Positions 39,101-53,270 of a DNA stretch of 64,000 nucleotides are shown here, piece by piece. Position 1 is the stretch's first letter. The number at the start of each line of letters is the position of its first letter. The position numbers were made by a program, and so were the translations under genes. The stretch lies in the NCBI GenBank assembly GCA_050273025.1, contig CP158635.1, positions 17,546,001 through 17,610,000 of the forward strand. The letters are read 5' to 3'. The notes beneath the pieces are model-generated. The model was not told the DNA's origin, did not search any database, and was given only the letters and a program-made list of their open reading frames with translations. This DNA is from Cenococcum geophilum. Lineage: Eukaryota.

Positions 39101-42100
39101 AATTAGAGGACTAGAGAAGCGAGAGGCAAGTTATAGTACCTGTAAATAAAGTCGCAACGCTTAGATTAATACAAGAAAGGTTTAAACTTAAGGACGAAGA
39201 TAAGCTAAAAGTTAACCTAAAATACTAAGTATATTATATATTAGCGTGGATTGCGTGCGTAGATAATGCGTACAATATATATAAAGTACTAAAAGATAAG
39301 AACCGGAAGTACCTAGTAAGGATATATTAGTTATTAAATAAGGCAAAATATTAAAACGCTAAGTATATGTATAGTTAGCACCTAGTAGAAGTACAAAGCC
39401 TAGGGGACTTAATACTTTAACTAGGAAGATTTCTTATAAAAGAGTGCCTAAATAGATAATAGTAGTAGGAGTACCTAGATAGATAATAGTAGTAGGAGTA
39501 CCTAGAGAACATATATTTATAGTATATTAAAGATAAAAAGCGAACTAAGTATTAGCTAAAGGCGGACTAAATATAAATAGAATTAAGTAGCTAATAGTTG
39601 GGAAAAGTAGAGGCCTATAAGACTAGAGGGAACTAGTAGTAAAGCCTTAAACCCTTAACGGAATTTAAGGACAATACCTAAATTTATAAGTTAAATAGTA
39701 AGATTAGTAGTTCGAAGCGCTAATAGATAGTAGAGTAATATAAAACTATATCTTACTAGTAGTGTTACGGACGCTTTAAGTACGATGTTATAACTACTTG
39801 GAGAAGAGACGGAAGAAGCTAGTTGGTTAATTTAGGCACGGTCTAAGATAGAGCCGATAGAACCATATGACGAGGAATGGTAACCAAGGTCATATAATGT
39901 GATCTATATAATCTGTAATAGAGTAGATAGAGCACACGTATATTACGTATAAGAAGGATTTTATAGGAGTACGGTTGTGTATTTAAGGACCCTTAGTCCC
40001 TACCTAGATAGTTCCTTCCTTATAGTAATTCTTAGAATATAATTGGAGTTAATCTATTAGGCAACTACTTTACCAGTTATTATTACTTTGTTGACTTTAA
40101 CTTGCTTTACCTATATACCTAGCCTAATAACAAGCCTATTATAGTTCTTGCTACAAGGTTCCGTTATATAATTACTACCTGGTTACAGTAATAAGTATAG
40201 AAAGTTGAATAACATGCCACTAAAAGCAGTTATTATAACGCTATTGACGGCAGCAACTATATTGAGGTTAGGTAACGATACTAGTATAGTAGATACTAAC
40301 TTATAGCAACCTGTAACGGTTGGACAACTATAAGAGATAGTTAACTAGTTAATAGAAAATAATGTAACGTTAGAAAATAGGATTAATGGAATAGGCGCAG
40401 TAAAGGTTAAGTTACTATTAATTAAAAGGTACTTAGGAGAGAGATTAAAGCTTAAAGGATTTCTTACGTAAATGCACTTTAAGGTCGCGTAAGAGGGAGC
40501 TAAGCTGGTAACACCTATGGATTAAATAGTATATGTAGGATTGTTCTTAATAGGAAGAGTACTTAAATAGTTTAAGCCTTACCTTATAGAAATCTAGGTA
40601 AATGAAATAATAACTATAAACTAAGAGGTACGGTTTATGTTCTTAAGCTAGAATGGATTTATAGAGCGACTTATACAAATGTTTGGAGACCTAGAGGCAG
40701 TAACCACAGTAAAAAGAAAACTCTAAGATATTACGTAATAAACCTTAGCAATTAAGTATATAATATAGTTCCAGATATTAGTAATATAAGTTAAGTAGAA
40801 TAATAGGGCGCTTATGGCATAGTATAAACAGGGACTTAAGGTTAAAGTCTAGGATATAATTATCCTAATAGAAGATGCGGATACCCTAAGGAAACTAATA
40901 GATTAGGCGATTAAGATTAATAATTAGATCTACTAAAGGGAATAGGCTAAGAAAGGTTAGGATAGAGTTTTATAGTTATATAAGGCACAAAGTACGCAAT
41001 AATAGAAGCTAAGTTAAAAACTATGGTATAGCGTAGAGCTAATGGACCTAAGTGGTACTAAAGAAGCCTATAAGAGATAGAGTAAGAACCTATAGAAACC
41101 TAGGGGATAAGGATTAAGTGATTAAAGGTCTAAGGAGCAAAGGCCGAATTAGGGATCTTAGTAGTAGAAGATATTTAGGCGGACTCTATAGTAAGAAAAT
41201 TGGTTTAAAAAAGGAGCTTGCATAAATTGCGGAAAATAGGGTTATTACGTTAAAGACTATAGAAGTGGGTAGAGTTACTATATAGTAAAAGGTACGAGAC
41301 TAGCAGACGATATATATATATAGAGGGACGACAATATACTATAAGGAATAAAAGAATATTTAATTAGAAGTTTTGCATTTTATTATAACAATATATACTA
41401 AATTTATAAAGACGCTAAGTACGGCGTAAGCTATTGGCTATAGGAGCTAGCACCTATAGGATATAGAGGAACTAATAAACTAGTTCGCAGATCGGATATT
41501 AAGGACGATGAATTTAATGTAGGCGAAATATTTTGTAACGATAAGGTAATAAGAGCGGTTTACTAGGAATACGCAGCCATCGGAGATATTATACTAGAGG
41601 TAGAGGATGATTCCACTATAGAATAGGGAATATTAGTAAGGATCGAAACCCTACTAGACACGATGTCTATCGCTTTACGAGATGTAAGAGAAGTAGGATA
41701 GTGAACTACTTTAGCACTTAATAAAGGTAAAAGGCCAAAGGATTAAAATTCTTATAGCGAGATAAGAGACGACTAAGATTCTTAAGACGAGATAAGGCAA
41801 GCTTAAGGACCTACAATGGACGATAACCGATGGAGTAGAGTAGTAGCTTAGTTTAAAGATATACGAATAAGCTCGGGACGGAGATTCCTATAGGCATAAG
41901 ACTTTTAAGATAAGATGAGTAAGATTTAAGACTTTTAAGACGAGATAAGAACACTAAGTAAGCCTAGTTGGACTAAGGCTGGAGCTAAGCTTAAGTTAGA
42001 AGTAAGCTCGGGATTAAAGAATCTAAGGGGTTAAGAATTTGGGGTACGAATTAGGACACCTATAGGTAAGAGGTAAGGAGCTTCTTTATAGATTAGAGAA

Positions 42101-45100
42101 TCTATGGTATAAATAGCAATTAGATTAGGAGATAAATATATAGACTTAGAGGACTTACTAGTTAAATAAAGTGTTTAAACTAAAGATTAAAATGTTAATA
42201 CTAGGATTAAGAAGTAAGATAACTTTAAGGATTAGAGTATAAGGTATAAACTAAAAGAAACTATAGAAGAGTTTAGGTAAAGAATTATTGTATAGTAAGA
42301 ATAGAAACTAGATAAGAGATCTAGTATATTGGGACGTATAAAGGACAGAGCGCAAGTATAAAGAATTACTAATAGGCTTAGGGCAGGCATATTAAGAGCT
42401 AAGTGGCTTACTAAACTAGAAGATAAAGAGGATTTAGGGATCTTTACTAGATTTAAAGAATAATATACTAAGGGCTATTATAATATAGTAATAAGAAGAT
42501 ACTTCCTTACGGACAAGCCGTATACACTCTAGTAGCTGTACTAAAAGTGGTATAGGCAGCGACACAACAATGAGTGGGAAGATTTCTATATATAGTTGGA
42601 TAAAAAAGTTATTTAAGATCACCCAATTATAAAAAAGGCTATGACTTATATTAAAGGAGCCTTAATTATAACGTTAAAGGATCTAAAGGAATAATTAGAG
42701 GATTAGAGAAGCGAGAGACGCATCTTAGTACCTATAAACGAAGTTATAACGTTTAGATTAGCATGATAAAGGTTTAAACTTAAAGATAAAGACGAGTTAA
42801 GAGTTAACCTAAAGCACCTAGTATACTATACGTTATTATGGATTGTGTGCGTGGACGATATATACGAAATGTATAAGAATCTAAAAGAAAAGAATTGGAA
42901 ATACCCTATAAGGATATACTAGATGATAGATAAGCGATAGTATAGAAATACTAAATATATATATAGATGGCATCCAGCAGAGGTCTAAGAGGAAGGAAGT
43001 TTAGTACTTTAACTAGGAAGATTCCTTACGGAAGAATGCTTAGACGGATAATAGTGGTGGGAATGCCTAGAGAATACGTGTTTATGGTATATTAAAGATA
43101 AAAAGTAAACTAGGTATTAGCTAAAGAATAAGCTAAGTATAATAGGATTAAGTAGCTAATAGTTAGGAAAAGTGGAGGCCTATAGGACTAGAGGGAGCCA
43201 GTGGTAGAGCCTTAGACCCTTAAAGGAATTTAAGGACAACACCTAAATTTATAAGTTAAATGGTAAGATTAGCAGTTTAAAAAGCTAATAGATAGTGGAG
43301 CAACGCGAAACTATATCTCACTAGTAGTAGTTAAAAGGATGGGATTACCTTATAGATAAAAGGAGGAATCTTACCTATTAGTAACGATTTTAGGAGATCT
43401 AATAGCCTATAGAGGAGGGATTATTAATCTTAAAATAGGACCTATTTAGATAACTATTAAAGGAAGATAAATTAAGATGTCTTTTAATATCCTACCATTG
43501 GGACGGGATAAGGTAGTATTAGGAATGCCTTAGTTATAGGAATATAATCTAAGAATTAATTAGATTATAGGTTAGGTTGATATTAGGGATACTTAACGCC
43601 GTAAGATATAATAATAAGCTAAGTTAGTATGGTACTAAGTTGGAGTAATATATAAAGAGACTAAGCGAGGCTTAAGTTATATACTAAAGAGATACCATAA
43701 GTATGGTAAGAAACTATAGTTACTAGAAAGTAAAAAGCTATTAGAGTATGTAGTATGGGACTATAAGATAGAGTTAGAACTAGGAATAAGTTTAAAGTTC
43801 TTTCTAATCTATAAGCTTACCGAAGAAGAAGGTAGAGTATTAAAAGAGTTTATCTAAGAAAACTTATAAAAGGGATATATTAGACCATTATAGTTATTAG
43901 CGGGTTATCCAGTACTGTTTATACTAAAGAAAAATGGTAAATTAAGGCTATATATTGACTATAGATAGTTAAACAGCATTACTAGAAAGGATAGGTATCC
44001 TTTACCCTTAATTAGCGAAATCTAAGACAGGATAGGTAACGTATAAATCTTTACAAAGATAGATCTAAGATAGGCGTACTATTAGATTAGAATTAAGGAA
44101 GGCGACGAATAGAAAGTAGCCTTTAGGTTAAAGAAAGGACTGTATAAACTATTAGTTATATAATTCGGGCTTATAAATATATTAGTAACGTTCTAGAAGC
44201 GTATTAACAATGTATTAGGAGAATACTTGGATGAATTTGTTATAGTATATCTTGACGATATTATTATCTACTTAATGACTAAGGAAGAATACGGGGAATA
44301 CGTTAAATGGGTCTTAAAGAGACTATAAGAAAAATAGATGCTAGTAGTAATTAAGAAATATAAATTCTTTATTAGGAAGACTAATTTTATTAGATTTATT
44401 ATTAAACCAGGCTAACTTAATATAGATTTAAAGAAGATTGAGGCTATAGTAAATTAGTAAGAACTAGAGAATGTTACGCAGTTAAGATTATTCCTAGGGT
44501 TTTGTAATTACTATAGAAGGTTTATAGCGTAGTGGTTAAAAGATATTAAGCTATTTACGCGATTAATAAAGAAAGAAGAACTATAGGTATAGGGAGAGGA
44601 GTAAAAGGAACTCTTTAAGAAAGTTAAAGAGTTATTTACCTAGGAGCCAGTTTTTAAGATCTATTAACTAGGACTAGAGATAGTTATAGAAATAGATGTA
44701 TTAGACTATACACTAGGGGCATACTTTATATAAAAACATTAAGATAGATAGCACCTAGTGGTATATTATAGTCGGAAGATAATACTACTAGAGTTAAACT
44801 ATAACATCTATAATAAGGAGTTATTAGGTATAGTTACAGCATTAAAGGAATAGAGAGCATTCTTATAAGGCATAGAGAAACTATTTATAGTTAAGACAGA
44901 TTATAAGAACCTAATAGGATTCCTAACTACGAAGGAACTTAACTAAAGATAGGTTAGATAGGTAGAGATGCTTACAGAATACCATTTTAAGATTTAGTAT
45001 ACTAAGGGTACAGATAATACGCGGGTAGACGCTTTAAGCCGTAAAGCTAAACTATAAAGTAATAAAAAGCCATTAGGGGCTTTACTGCGAAAAGATATAG

Positions 45101-48100
45101 ACGGATTGATTAGGTACAATTATTTAAAAATTATAGTAACTTAGGAAAGTAGTAAACTAGAGAGAGTTTATAAGATACTAGAGAGCTTTTGGGTATAAAG
45201 AATTCTAGAAGTATAACTAGAAGATCTATAAATAGATATATACGAAAATTAAGAGGTAAAGTATATCCTAAGAAGCATAGCAGAGTAATTTATAGAAGAA
45301 TTCTATAAGGGATTGACTTAAGGATATAATGGAGCTATAGGCTTAGTGTTAAGACTCTAAAAGAAGTACATTATTAATAGAATCTAAAGGATAGCTAGAA
45401 GGGTTATAAAAGAATGTCTAAATTGCTAAAGGAATAAACTAATAAGGTATAAGCTATATGGAGGGCTATAACCTGTTAAAATACTAAAGAAACCATAGGA
45501 GGTTATATTATGGGACTTTATTATTAAGTTGCTAAAGTTAAGAGATCCTATTACTGGATAAGATTATAATGTAATCTTAGTAATAGTAGATAAGCTTATA
45601 AAGTGGGGATACTTTATAGCATATACAGAAGAAATATTAGTAGAAGATATTGCTAAAATTTATATTAAAGAAGTGTTCGTAAGATATAGAGCACTAAGTA
45701 AGATTATATTGGATAGAGATTTAAGATTTATAGCAGTATTCTAGGAGGTATTCTTAGCGGAGTAAGGAGTTAGAGTAGTAACTTTTACCGTATATTATTT
45801 ATAGACAGACGGTTAAATGGAAAGATTAAATTAGATACTAGAGCAGTATCTAAGGCATTATATCAATTATGCGCAGAATAATTAGGTATCGCTATTACTA
45901 GTTATATAGTTTATATATAATGCAACACCTTAAAAGGGAATAGGTATATTACTATTTAAGGCAAATTATAAATATAAGCTAAGAATATCGTTATTACTAT
46001 AATAAGTAAAGAAAATAAGTAGTACAGCTAAAGAAAGAATAAAGACGTTAATAAATCTTTATATAGACCTTATAGAATTAGTAAAGGGAGTATAAGAAAG
46101 AATAAAAAAGTACTATAATGCTAGGAGATCTAAGGGACCAGATCTTAAGGAGGGAGATAAAGTATAGCTACTACATAAAAATTTTAAGAGTTAATAACTA
46201 AGTAAGAAGTTAGATTATGTTAGACTAGGACCTTTTAAAATTACGTAGAGGATTTCACCGGTTATATTTAAGTTAAACCTACTAGCTAAAATAAAGATCT
46301 ACCCTATATAGTATATTATAATGCTAGAGCTAGCACATAAAAATATTAAGCTATTAGTCTATAAAGCAGACACGTATAGAGGATAAGAAGAAGATAAATA
46401 GTAAGTTTTAAGGATTATTAACTATAAGGATATTAACGATGAAATATAGTATAAGGTTAAGTGGATAGACTACACTAAGACTACCTAAGAACCACTAGAG
46501 AATTTAAAGAATGCTATAGGAAAGGTATAGGAGTATCGGAAGAAATTAGGTTAGGTAGTATTAATAAAAAAGGATCGCTAAAGAATAAGTTACCTAAGGG
46601 GGACCTAAGAAGAGCAGTTGCTAAAGTACTTAGATCTATTTCCTTTTCTATTAGAAGAGAATCCGTTCTTTTATTGCCAAATTCCTATAAACCTTATTCT
46701 ATAAGTTTCTACTCCTTAAAACGCACCTTCTTACGCACCTTTTTAAGACGGATTAACCGAGTGGACGCCGCAAGATAAGACTTAAGGGCCCGTTGCTAAG
46801 CATTAGCAGCCTCCTATTTAGCGTCCTAAGAATAATGTAATTTAGTAAGAGTAACAAACAGTTTATTATCTAGCCGCGTAGCAGTAGATTAAATATAAAA
46901 CCCTAAGATAAATCAATTAGGGAATTAGATAACTATTAAGAGTAATAGGTTACGTATATTTAGTATTAGAGATAGAGTAAACGTCACAGGACGAACGAAT
47001 ATTCGCTTTAGTACACTTTAAGTAAGAGGACGGTTATTATAAAGATGGGTTCGCCAACGTAACACAGACTAACCCCTCTTTTAAGCAGCAAGAACACGGA
47101 GACGGTATAATCTCACTAAGAGACAATATCGCAGCAATAGTGCGAGCACAATAAGCAGTTAAGGAAGAAGAAATTGCTTTAGGTATAATAAGTAATAATA
47201 TTAACTAAATTAATTAGACGGACATTATACCTCTAATAAACGACTTAGAGATATTTTAAATCTTTAAGGACGAAGATAAAGAGGAGGGAGATGGTGTTAT
47301 GGACGCTTTAAGTACAATATTATAACTACTTGGAGAAGAGACGGAAGAAGCTAGTTGGTTAATTTAGGCACGGTCTAAGATAGAGCCAATAGAACTATGT
47401 GATAAGGAATAGTAACTAAGGTCATATGATATAATCTGTGTAATCTATAATAGAGTAGACAGAGCATACGTATATTACGTATAAGAAGGATTTTATAGGA
47501 GTATGGTTGTGTATTTAAGGACCCTTAGTCCTTACCTAGATAGTTCCTTCCTTATAGTAATTCTTAGAATATAATTAGAGTTAATCTGTTGGGCAACCAC
47601 TCCACCAGTTGTTATTACTTTGTTAACTTTAACTTACTTTACCTATACACCTAGCCCAATAACAAGCCTATCGTAGTTCTTGCTATAAGGTTCCGTTATA
47701 AGTAGCAGTTAAAAAAATAGGGTTACCTTATAGATAGAAGGAGTAACTTTACCTATTAGTTATAATTTTAGGAGATCTAATAGCCTATAGAGGAGGGATT
47801 ATTAACCTTAAAATAGGACCTATTTAAATAACTATTAAAGGGAGATAAATCGAGATGTCTTTTAATATCCTACTATTAGGATAGGATAAGGTAGTATTAG
47901 AAATGCCTTAGTTACAGGAATACAATCTAAAGATTAATTAAATTATAGGTTAGGTTAATATTAGAGATACTTAATACTATAAAATGTAACAGTAAACTAA
48001 GTTAGTATAGTACTAAGTTAGAGCGATATATAAGGAGACTAAGCGAGGCTTAAGTTACGTACTAAAGAAATACCATAAGTATAGTAAGAAACTATAGTTA

Positions 48101-51100
48101 CTAGAAAGTAAAAAGCTATTAAAGTATATAATATAGGACTATAAGATAGAATTAGAACTAGAAATAAGTCTAAAGTTCTTTCTAACCTATAAGCTTACTA
48201 AAGAAGAAGGTAGAGCACTAAAAGAGTTTATCTAGGAAAATCTATAAAAGGAATATATTAGACTATTACAGTTATTAGCGGGTTATCTAGTACTATTTAT
48301 ACTAAAGAAAAATAGAAAATTAAGGTTATGCATTAACTACAGGCAGTTAAATAGTATTACTTAAAAGGATAGGTATCCTTTACCCTTAATTAGCGAAATC
48401 TAAGATAGGATAGGCAACGCGTAAATCTTTATAAAGATAGATCTAAGATAGGCGTACCATTAAATTAGAATTAAGGAAGGCGACGAATAAAAGGCAGCTT
48501 TTAGGTTAAAGGAAGAACTATATAAGCTATTAGTTATACAGTTTAGGCTTATAAATACACTAGCAATATTTCAGAAACGTATTAATAATATACTAGAAGA
48601 GTACTTGGATGAGTTCGTTATAATATACCTTAACGACATTATTATCTACTTAATAACTAAGGAAGAACACAAAGAGTACGTTAAATGGGTCTTAAAGAGA
48701 CTATAAGAAGAATATATGCTAGTAGTAATTAAGAAATACAAGTTCTTTACTAGAAAAACAAATTTCGTTAGATTTATTATTAAATTAGGCTAACTTAATA
48801 TAGATCTAAAGAAGATTAAGGCTATAGTAAATTAGTAAGAACTAGAGAATGTTATATAGTTAAGATTATTTCTAGGGTTTTGCAATTACTGCAGAAGGTT
48901 TATAGCGTAATAGTTAAAGAATATTAAACCATTTACGTAACTAATAAAGAAAGAAGAACTATAGGTATAGGAAGAGGAGTAACGGGAATTATTTAAAAAG
49001 GTTAAAGAGTTGTTTACCTAAAAGCCAGTTCTTAAGATCTATTAACTAAAATTAGAGACGGTTATAGAAATAAATGTATTAGACTTTATACTAGGGGTAT
49101 ACTTTATATAGAAATATTAAAATAGATAGCACCCAGTGGCGTACTATAGTCGAAAGATAACACTACTAGAGTTAAACTATAACATCTATAATAAGAAGTT
49201 GTTAGGTATAGTTATAGCACTAAAGAAATAGAGAGCATTCTTATAAGGCATAAAGAAACTATTTATGGTTAAAATGGACTATAAGAACCTAATAGGATTC
49301 CTAATAATAAAGAAACTTAACTAAAGATAGGTTAGATAGGCAGAGATACTTATAAAATACCATTTTAAGATTTAGTATACTAAAGGTACAGACAATACGC
49401 GAGCAGACGCTCTAAGTTAAAAAAACTAAACTATAAAATGATAAAAAGCTATTAGGGGCTTTATTACAAAAAGATATAGATAGATTAATTAGGTATAACT
49501 ATCCAAAAATTATAGTAACTTAAGAAGAGCTAGATAGAGTTTATAAGTCACCAGAAAGCTTTTAGGCGAAAAGAATTCTAAAAGCATAGCTAGAAGATCT
49601 ATAAACGGATATATACGAAAATTGAGAAGTAAAGTATATTCTAAGAAGTATAGCAGAGCAATTTATAGAAGAATTCTATAAAGGATTAACTTAAGGATAT
49701 AACGGAGCTATAAGCTTAGTGTTAAGACTCTAAGAGGAGTACATTATTAATAAAATCTGGGGCTTAGTACGAAAAGTTATAAAAGAGTATCTAGATTGTT
49801 AAAGAAATAAACTAATAAGGCATAAGCTATATAGAGGGCTATAACCTATTAAAATACCAGAGAGACTATAGGAGGTCATATTATAGGACTTTATTATTAA
49901 GTTACTAAAGTTAAAGGACCCTATTACTAGATAGGATTATAATATAATCCTAGTAATAGTAGACAAGCTTATAAAGTAGGGATACTTTATAGTATATACA
50001 GAAGAAATATTAGCAGAAGATGTCGCTAAAATTTATATTAAAGAAGTATTTATAAGATATAAAGTACTAAGCAAAATTATATTAGACAGAGATCCAAAAT
50101 TTATAATAGCATTTTAGGAGGTATTCTTAGCGGAGTAAGAAGTTAGAGCAGTAATTTCTACCGCATATTATCCACAGATAGACGGTTAAACGGAAAGATT
50201 AAATTAGACACTAGAACAGTACCTAAGGCATTATATTAATTATACATAGAATAATTAGGTATTGCTATTACTAATTATATAGTTTATATATAATATAACA
50301 CCTTAAAAAGAAATAGGTATATTACTATTTAAGGCAAATTATAGATATAAGCTAAGAATATCATTATTACTATAATAAGTAAAGAAAATAAGTAGTATAG
50401 CTAAAAAGAGAATAGAGATATTAATAAATCTTTATATAGACCTTATAGAATTAGTAAAGAAAGTATAAGAGAGAATAAAAAAGTACTATAATGCTAAGAG
50501 ATCTAAGGGACCAGATCTTAAAGAGGGAGATAAAGTATAGCTACTATATAAAAATTTTAAAAGTTAACAACTAAGTAAGAAATTAAACTACGTTAAACTA
50601 AGACCTTTTAAAATTATATAAAGGATTTTACTAGTTACGTTTAAGTTAAACCTACTAGCTAAGATAAGGATTTACCCTATATAGCATATTATAATACTAG
50701 AACTAGTATATAGGAATATTAAGCCACTAGTTTACGAAGTAGATATATATAAAGGGTAGAAAGAAGATAAATAGTAAGTTTTAAAGATTGTTAGTTATAA
50801 GAACATTAACAATAAAATATAGTATAAGGTTAAGTGGATAAGCTATATAAAGACTACCTAAGAACTACTAGAAAAATAAAAAAACGCTATAGAAAAGGTA
50901 TAGAAGTATTAGAAGAGATTAGGTTAGGCAGCATTAATAAAAAAGGATTATAAAAAAATAAGTTACCTAAGGGGGACCTAAGAAGAGCAGTTACTAAACT
51001 ACTTAGATCTATTTCCTTCTTTATTAGAGGAGAATCTATTCTTTTATTATTAAGTTCTTATAGACCCTATTTTATAAGCTTCTACTTTTTAAAACGGACC

Positions 51101-52091
51101 TTCTTATAAACCTTCTTAAGACGGATTAACTAAGTAGACGCCATAAGATAAGACTTAAGAGCCCGTTACTAAGCATCGACAGCCTCCTATTCTATATTAT
51201 AAGAACGGCGCAACTCCGCCAGGGCAATAGATAGTTTATTATCTAGCTACGCAGCAGTAAATTAAATATAAGACCCTAAAATAAATTAATTAAGGAACTA
51301 GACAACTATTAAGAGTAATAGGTCGCGTATATTTAGTATTAAAGATAGAGCGAATATTATAAGATAAATAAATATTTGCTCTAGTGCACTTTAAATAAGA
51401 GGACGGTTATTATAAAGATGGGTTTGCTAATATAATATAAACTAACCCCTCTTTTAAACAGCAAGAATATAGAGATAGTATAATCTTACTAAGAGATAAT
51501 ATTGCAGCGATAGTGCGAATACGACAAGCAGTTAAGGAAGAAGAAATTGCTTTAGGTATAATAAGTAATAATATTAACTAAATTAATTAGACGGATATTA
51601 CACCTCTAATAAACAACTTAAAGATATTTAAAATCTTTAAGGATAAAGATAAAGAGGAGAGAGATAGTGTTATGGACGCTTTAAGTATAATATTACGACT
51701 ACTTAGAGAGGAGTTAGAAGAAGCTAGTTAGTTAATATAAGCATAGTCTAAGATGGAGCCAATAGAGTTATATAATAAGGAATAGTAGCTAAGGTTATAT
51801 AACGTGATCTATATAATCTATAGGATCTATATAATCCGCAATAGAGTAGATAGAGTATACGTATATTATATATAAAAAGGATTTTATAGGAGTACGGTTG
51901 TGTATTTAAAGACCCTTAATCCCTACCTAGATAGTTCCTTCCTTATAGTAATTCTTAGAATACAATTAGAGTTAATCTATTAGGCAACTACTCCACCAGT
52001 TATTATTACGTTATTAACTTTAATTTGCATTACCTATACACCTAGCCTAATAACGAGCCCACTGTAGTTCTTGCTATAAGATTCCGTTACA
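36181..52091 (+). mobile_element. Ty3/Gypsy chromovirus-type LTR retrotransposon A, interrupted by copy B
   Basis: 424-bp LTRs at 36181-36604 and 51668-52091; TSD TATAA; gag knuckle (NCGKxGYYARD); protease ALIDS (~39720); RT YLNDIII; RNase H, integrase and chromodomain (YKVKW); PPT before the 3' LTR. Confidence 0.95.
39763..47700 (+). mobile_element. Ty3/Gypsy element B, same family, nested in the protease region of A
   Basis: 406-bp LTRs at 39763-40168 and 47295-47700; TSD AGTAG; LIDSGATRNYI; RT YLDDIII (~44250); chromodomain YKVKW (~46450); PPT GAGGAGGGAGATGG. Confidence 0.95.
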
Positions 52092-53270
52092 TATAAAGCT
52101 ACTAACCTTTCTTAGATAGATAAATTAAGTCAAGCATTACATTTTAACATCTTTGATCTAAATGCAAGACTCCTAGTATAGCTACCCCTACTAAGTTATA
52201 GAGGTAAGTTAAAGCTATATCGGGCAGCGCATAAGGTTCTTATACATGTTACCGTGCTTTGCAAAAGTATTGCGAAAATCAAGATTAAGCGAGCCTCCCC
52301 CCGCATAGGTGCCTGCGAGTTCTAGGGGTCCGAGCTTATTATAAAGCTTACTAAGTAGGCCTATTACTTAAAAAGTCTATTTCTACTTAATCTTTTCCTT
52401 ATAACTTTACTCCTTTCGCAGGCGATACGGGGACGCAGGTGTATCCCTCAACCCGTTTGGGCGAGCAGAGGAGGGGGCACGTGCGCGAACACCAAAATCA
52501 GAACAACGCGTATATATACATAGAAATCAGCTATTAAATACACCACCACCTGAAAAATACCGTTCTGCAGGAACGATGGCTGTTGGAGGCTTAATATCGA
52601 GTGACTTAACTCTAAAGATCGAGCTCTTATATTGGTAAGTTCTTAACGATAGTTAACCTGCGTGCCCATTTTAACGGGTTAAAGGAGTCTATATACAAGC
52701 GAGGCTATCACGTAATCACAGGAAGCTCCACTCGACCAACAATTTTTGATTTGGTGGCCGTGTTCAGGGGTAGCCGAGTTCTGTGGGTCCGAGCTTACTA
52801 GCAGGGTCCGTTCGTGCTTCCCCCTTGTACTGTGCGTGTGAGATTTCGCGCTGTGGCTTGTTATACTGCACTGCATTTAGACCCAGAGGATCAGCATGCA
52901 TGCGGAGTCATAGATACCAATATTAAACCTTTAGTAGACTCACGGTGTTTGTACCGGAGAAAAACCTCGCCTTCGCTATTGTCAAGCCTCGCGTGCTTAG
53001 GCATACAGTGATGTGCACGACCAGCTTCACCCCCCCCCTTAGCGAGTTGCAGATTCGGTACGCGCATCCAATTTCGCCTGATTGCCACCAACTGTACATA
53101 GTAATTGAAGCGAAGCCAAGTGCCTAGTTGCTGGGGGCAATTAAATTAAAGCTACATATTTGCCTGGCTTACTAAAGTTTCAATATCAATCCAAAATCGT
53201 GTTGTAAAATCGTCAATTTGCCTTTAATATAAATCCTCCTTCAAAACACGTAGCGGCTCGATTAACGGGT

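Noticed and set aside
52679..53127. Cluster of 60-66-aa ORFs
   Set aside because: Overlapping, mostly with non-ATG starts, partly running through the Tc1 TIR; no protein-like features.
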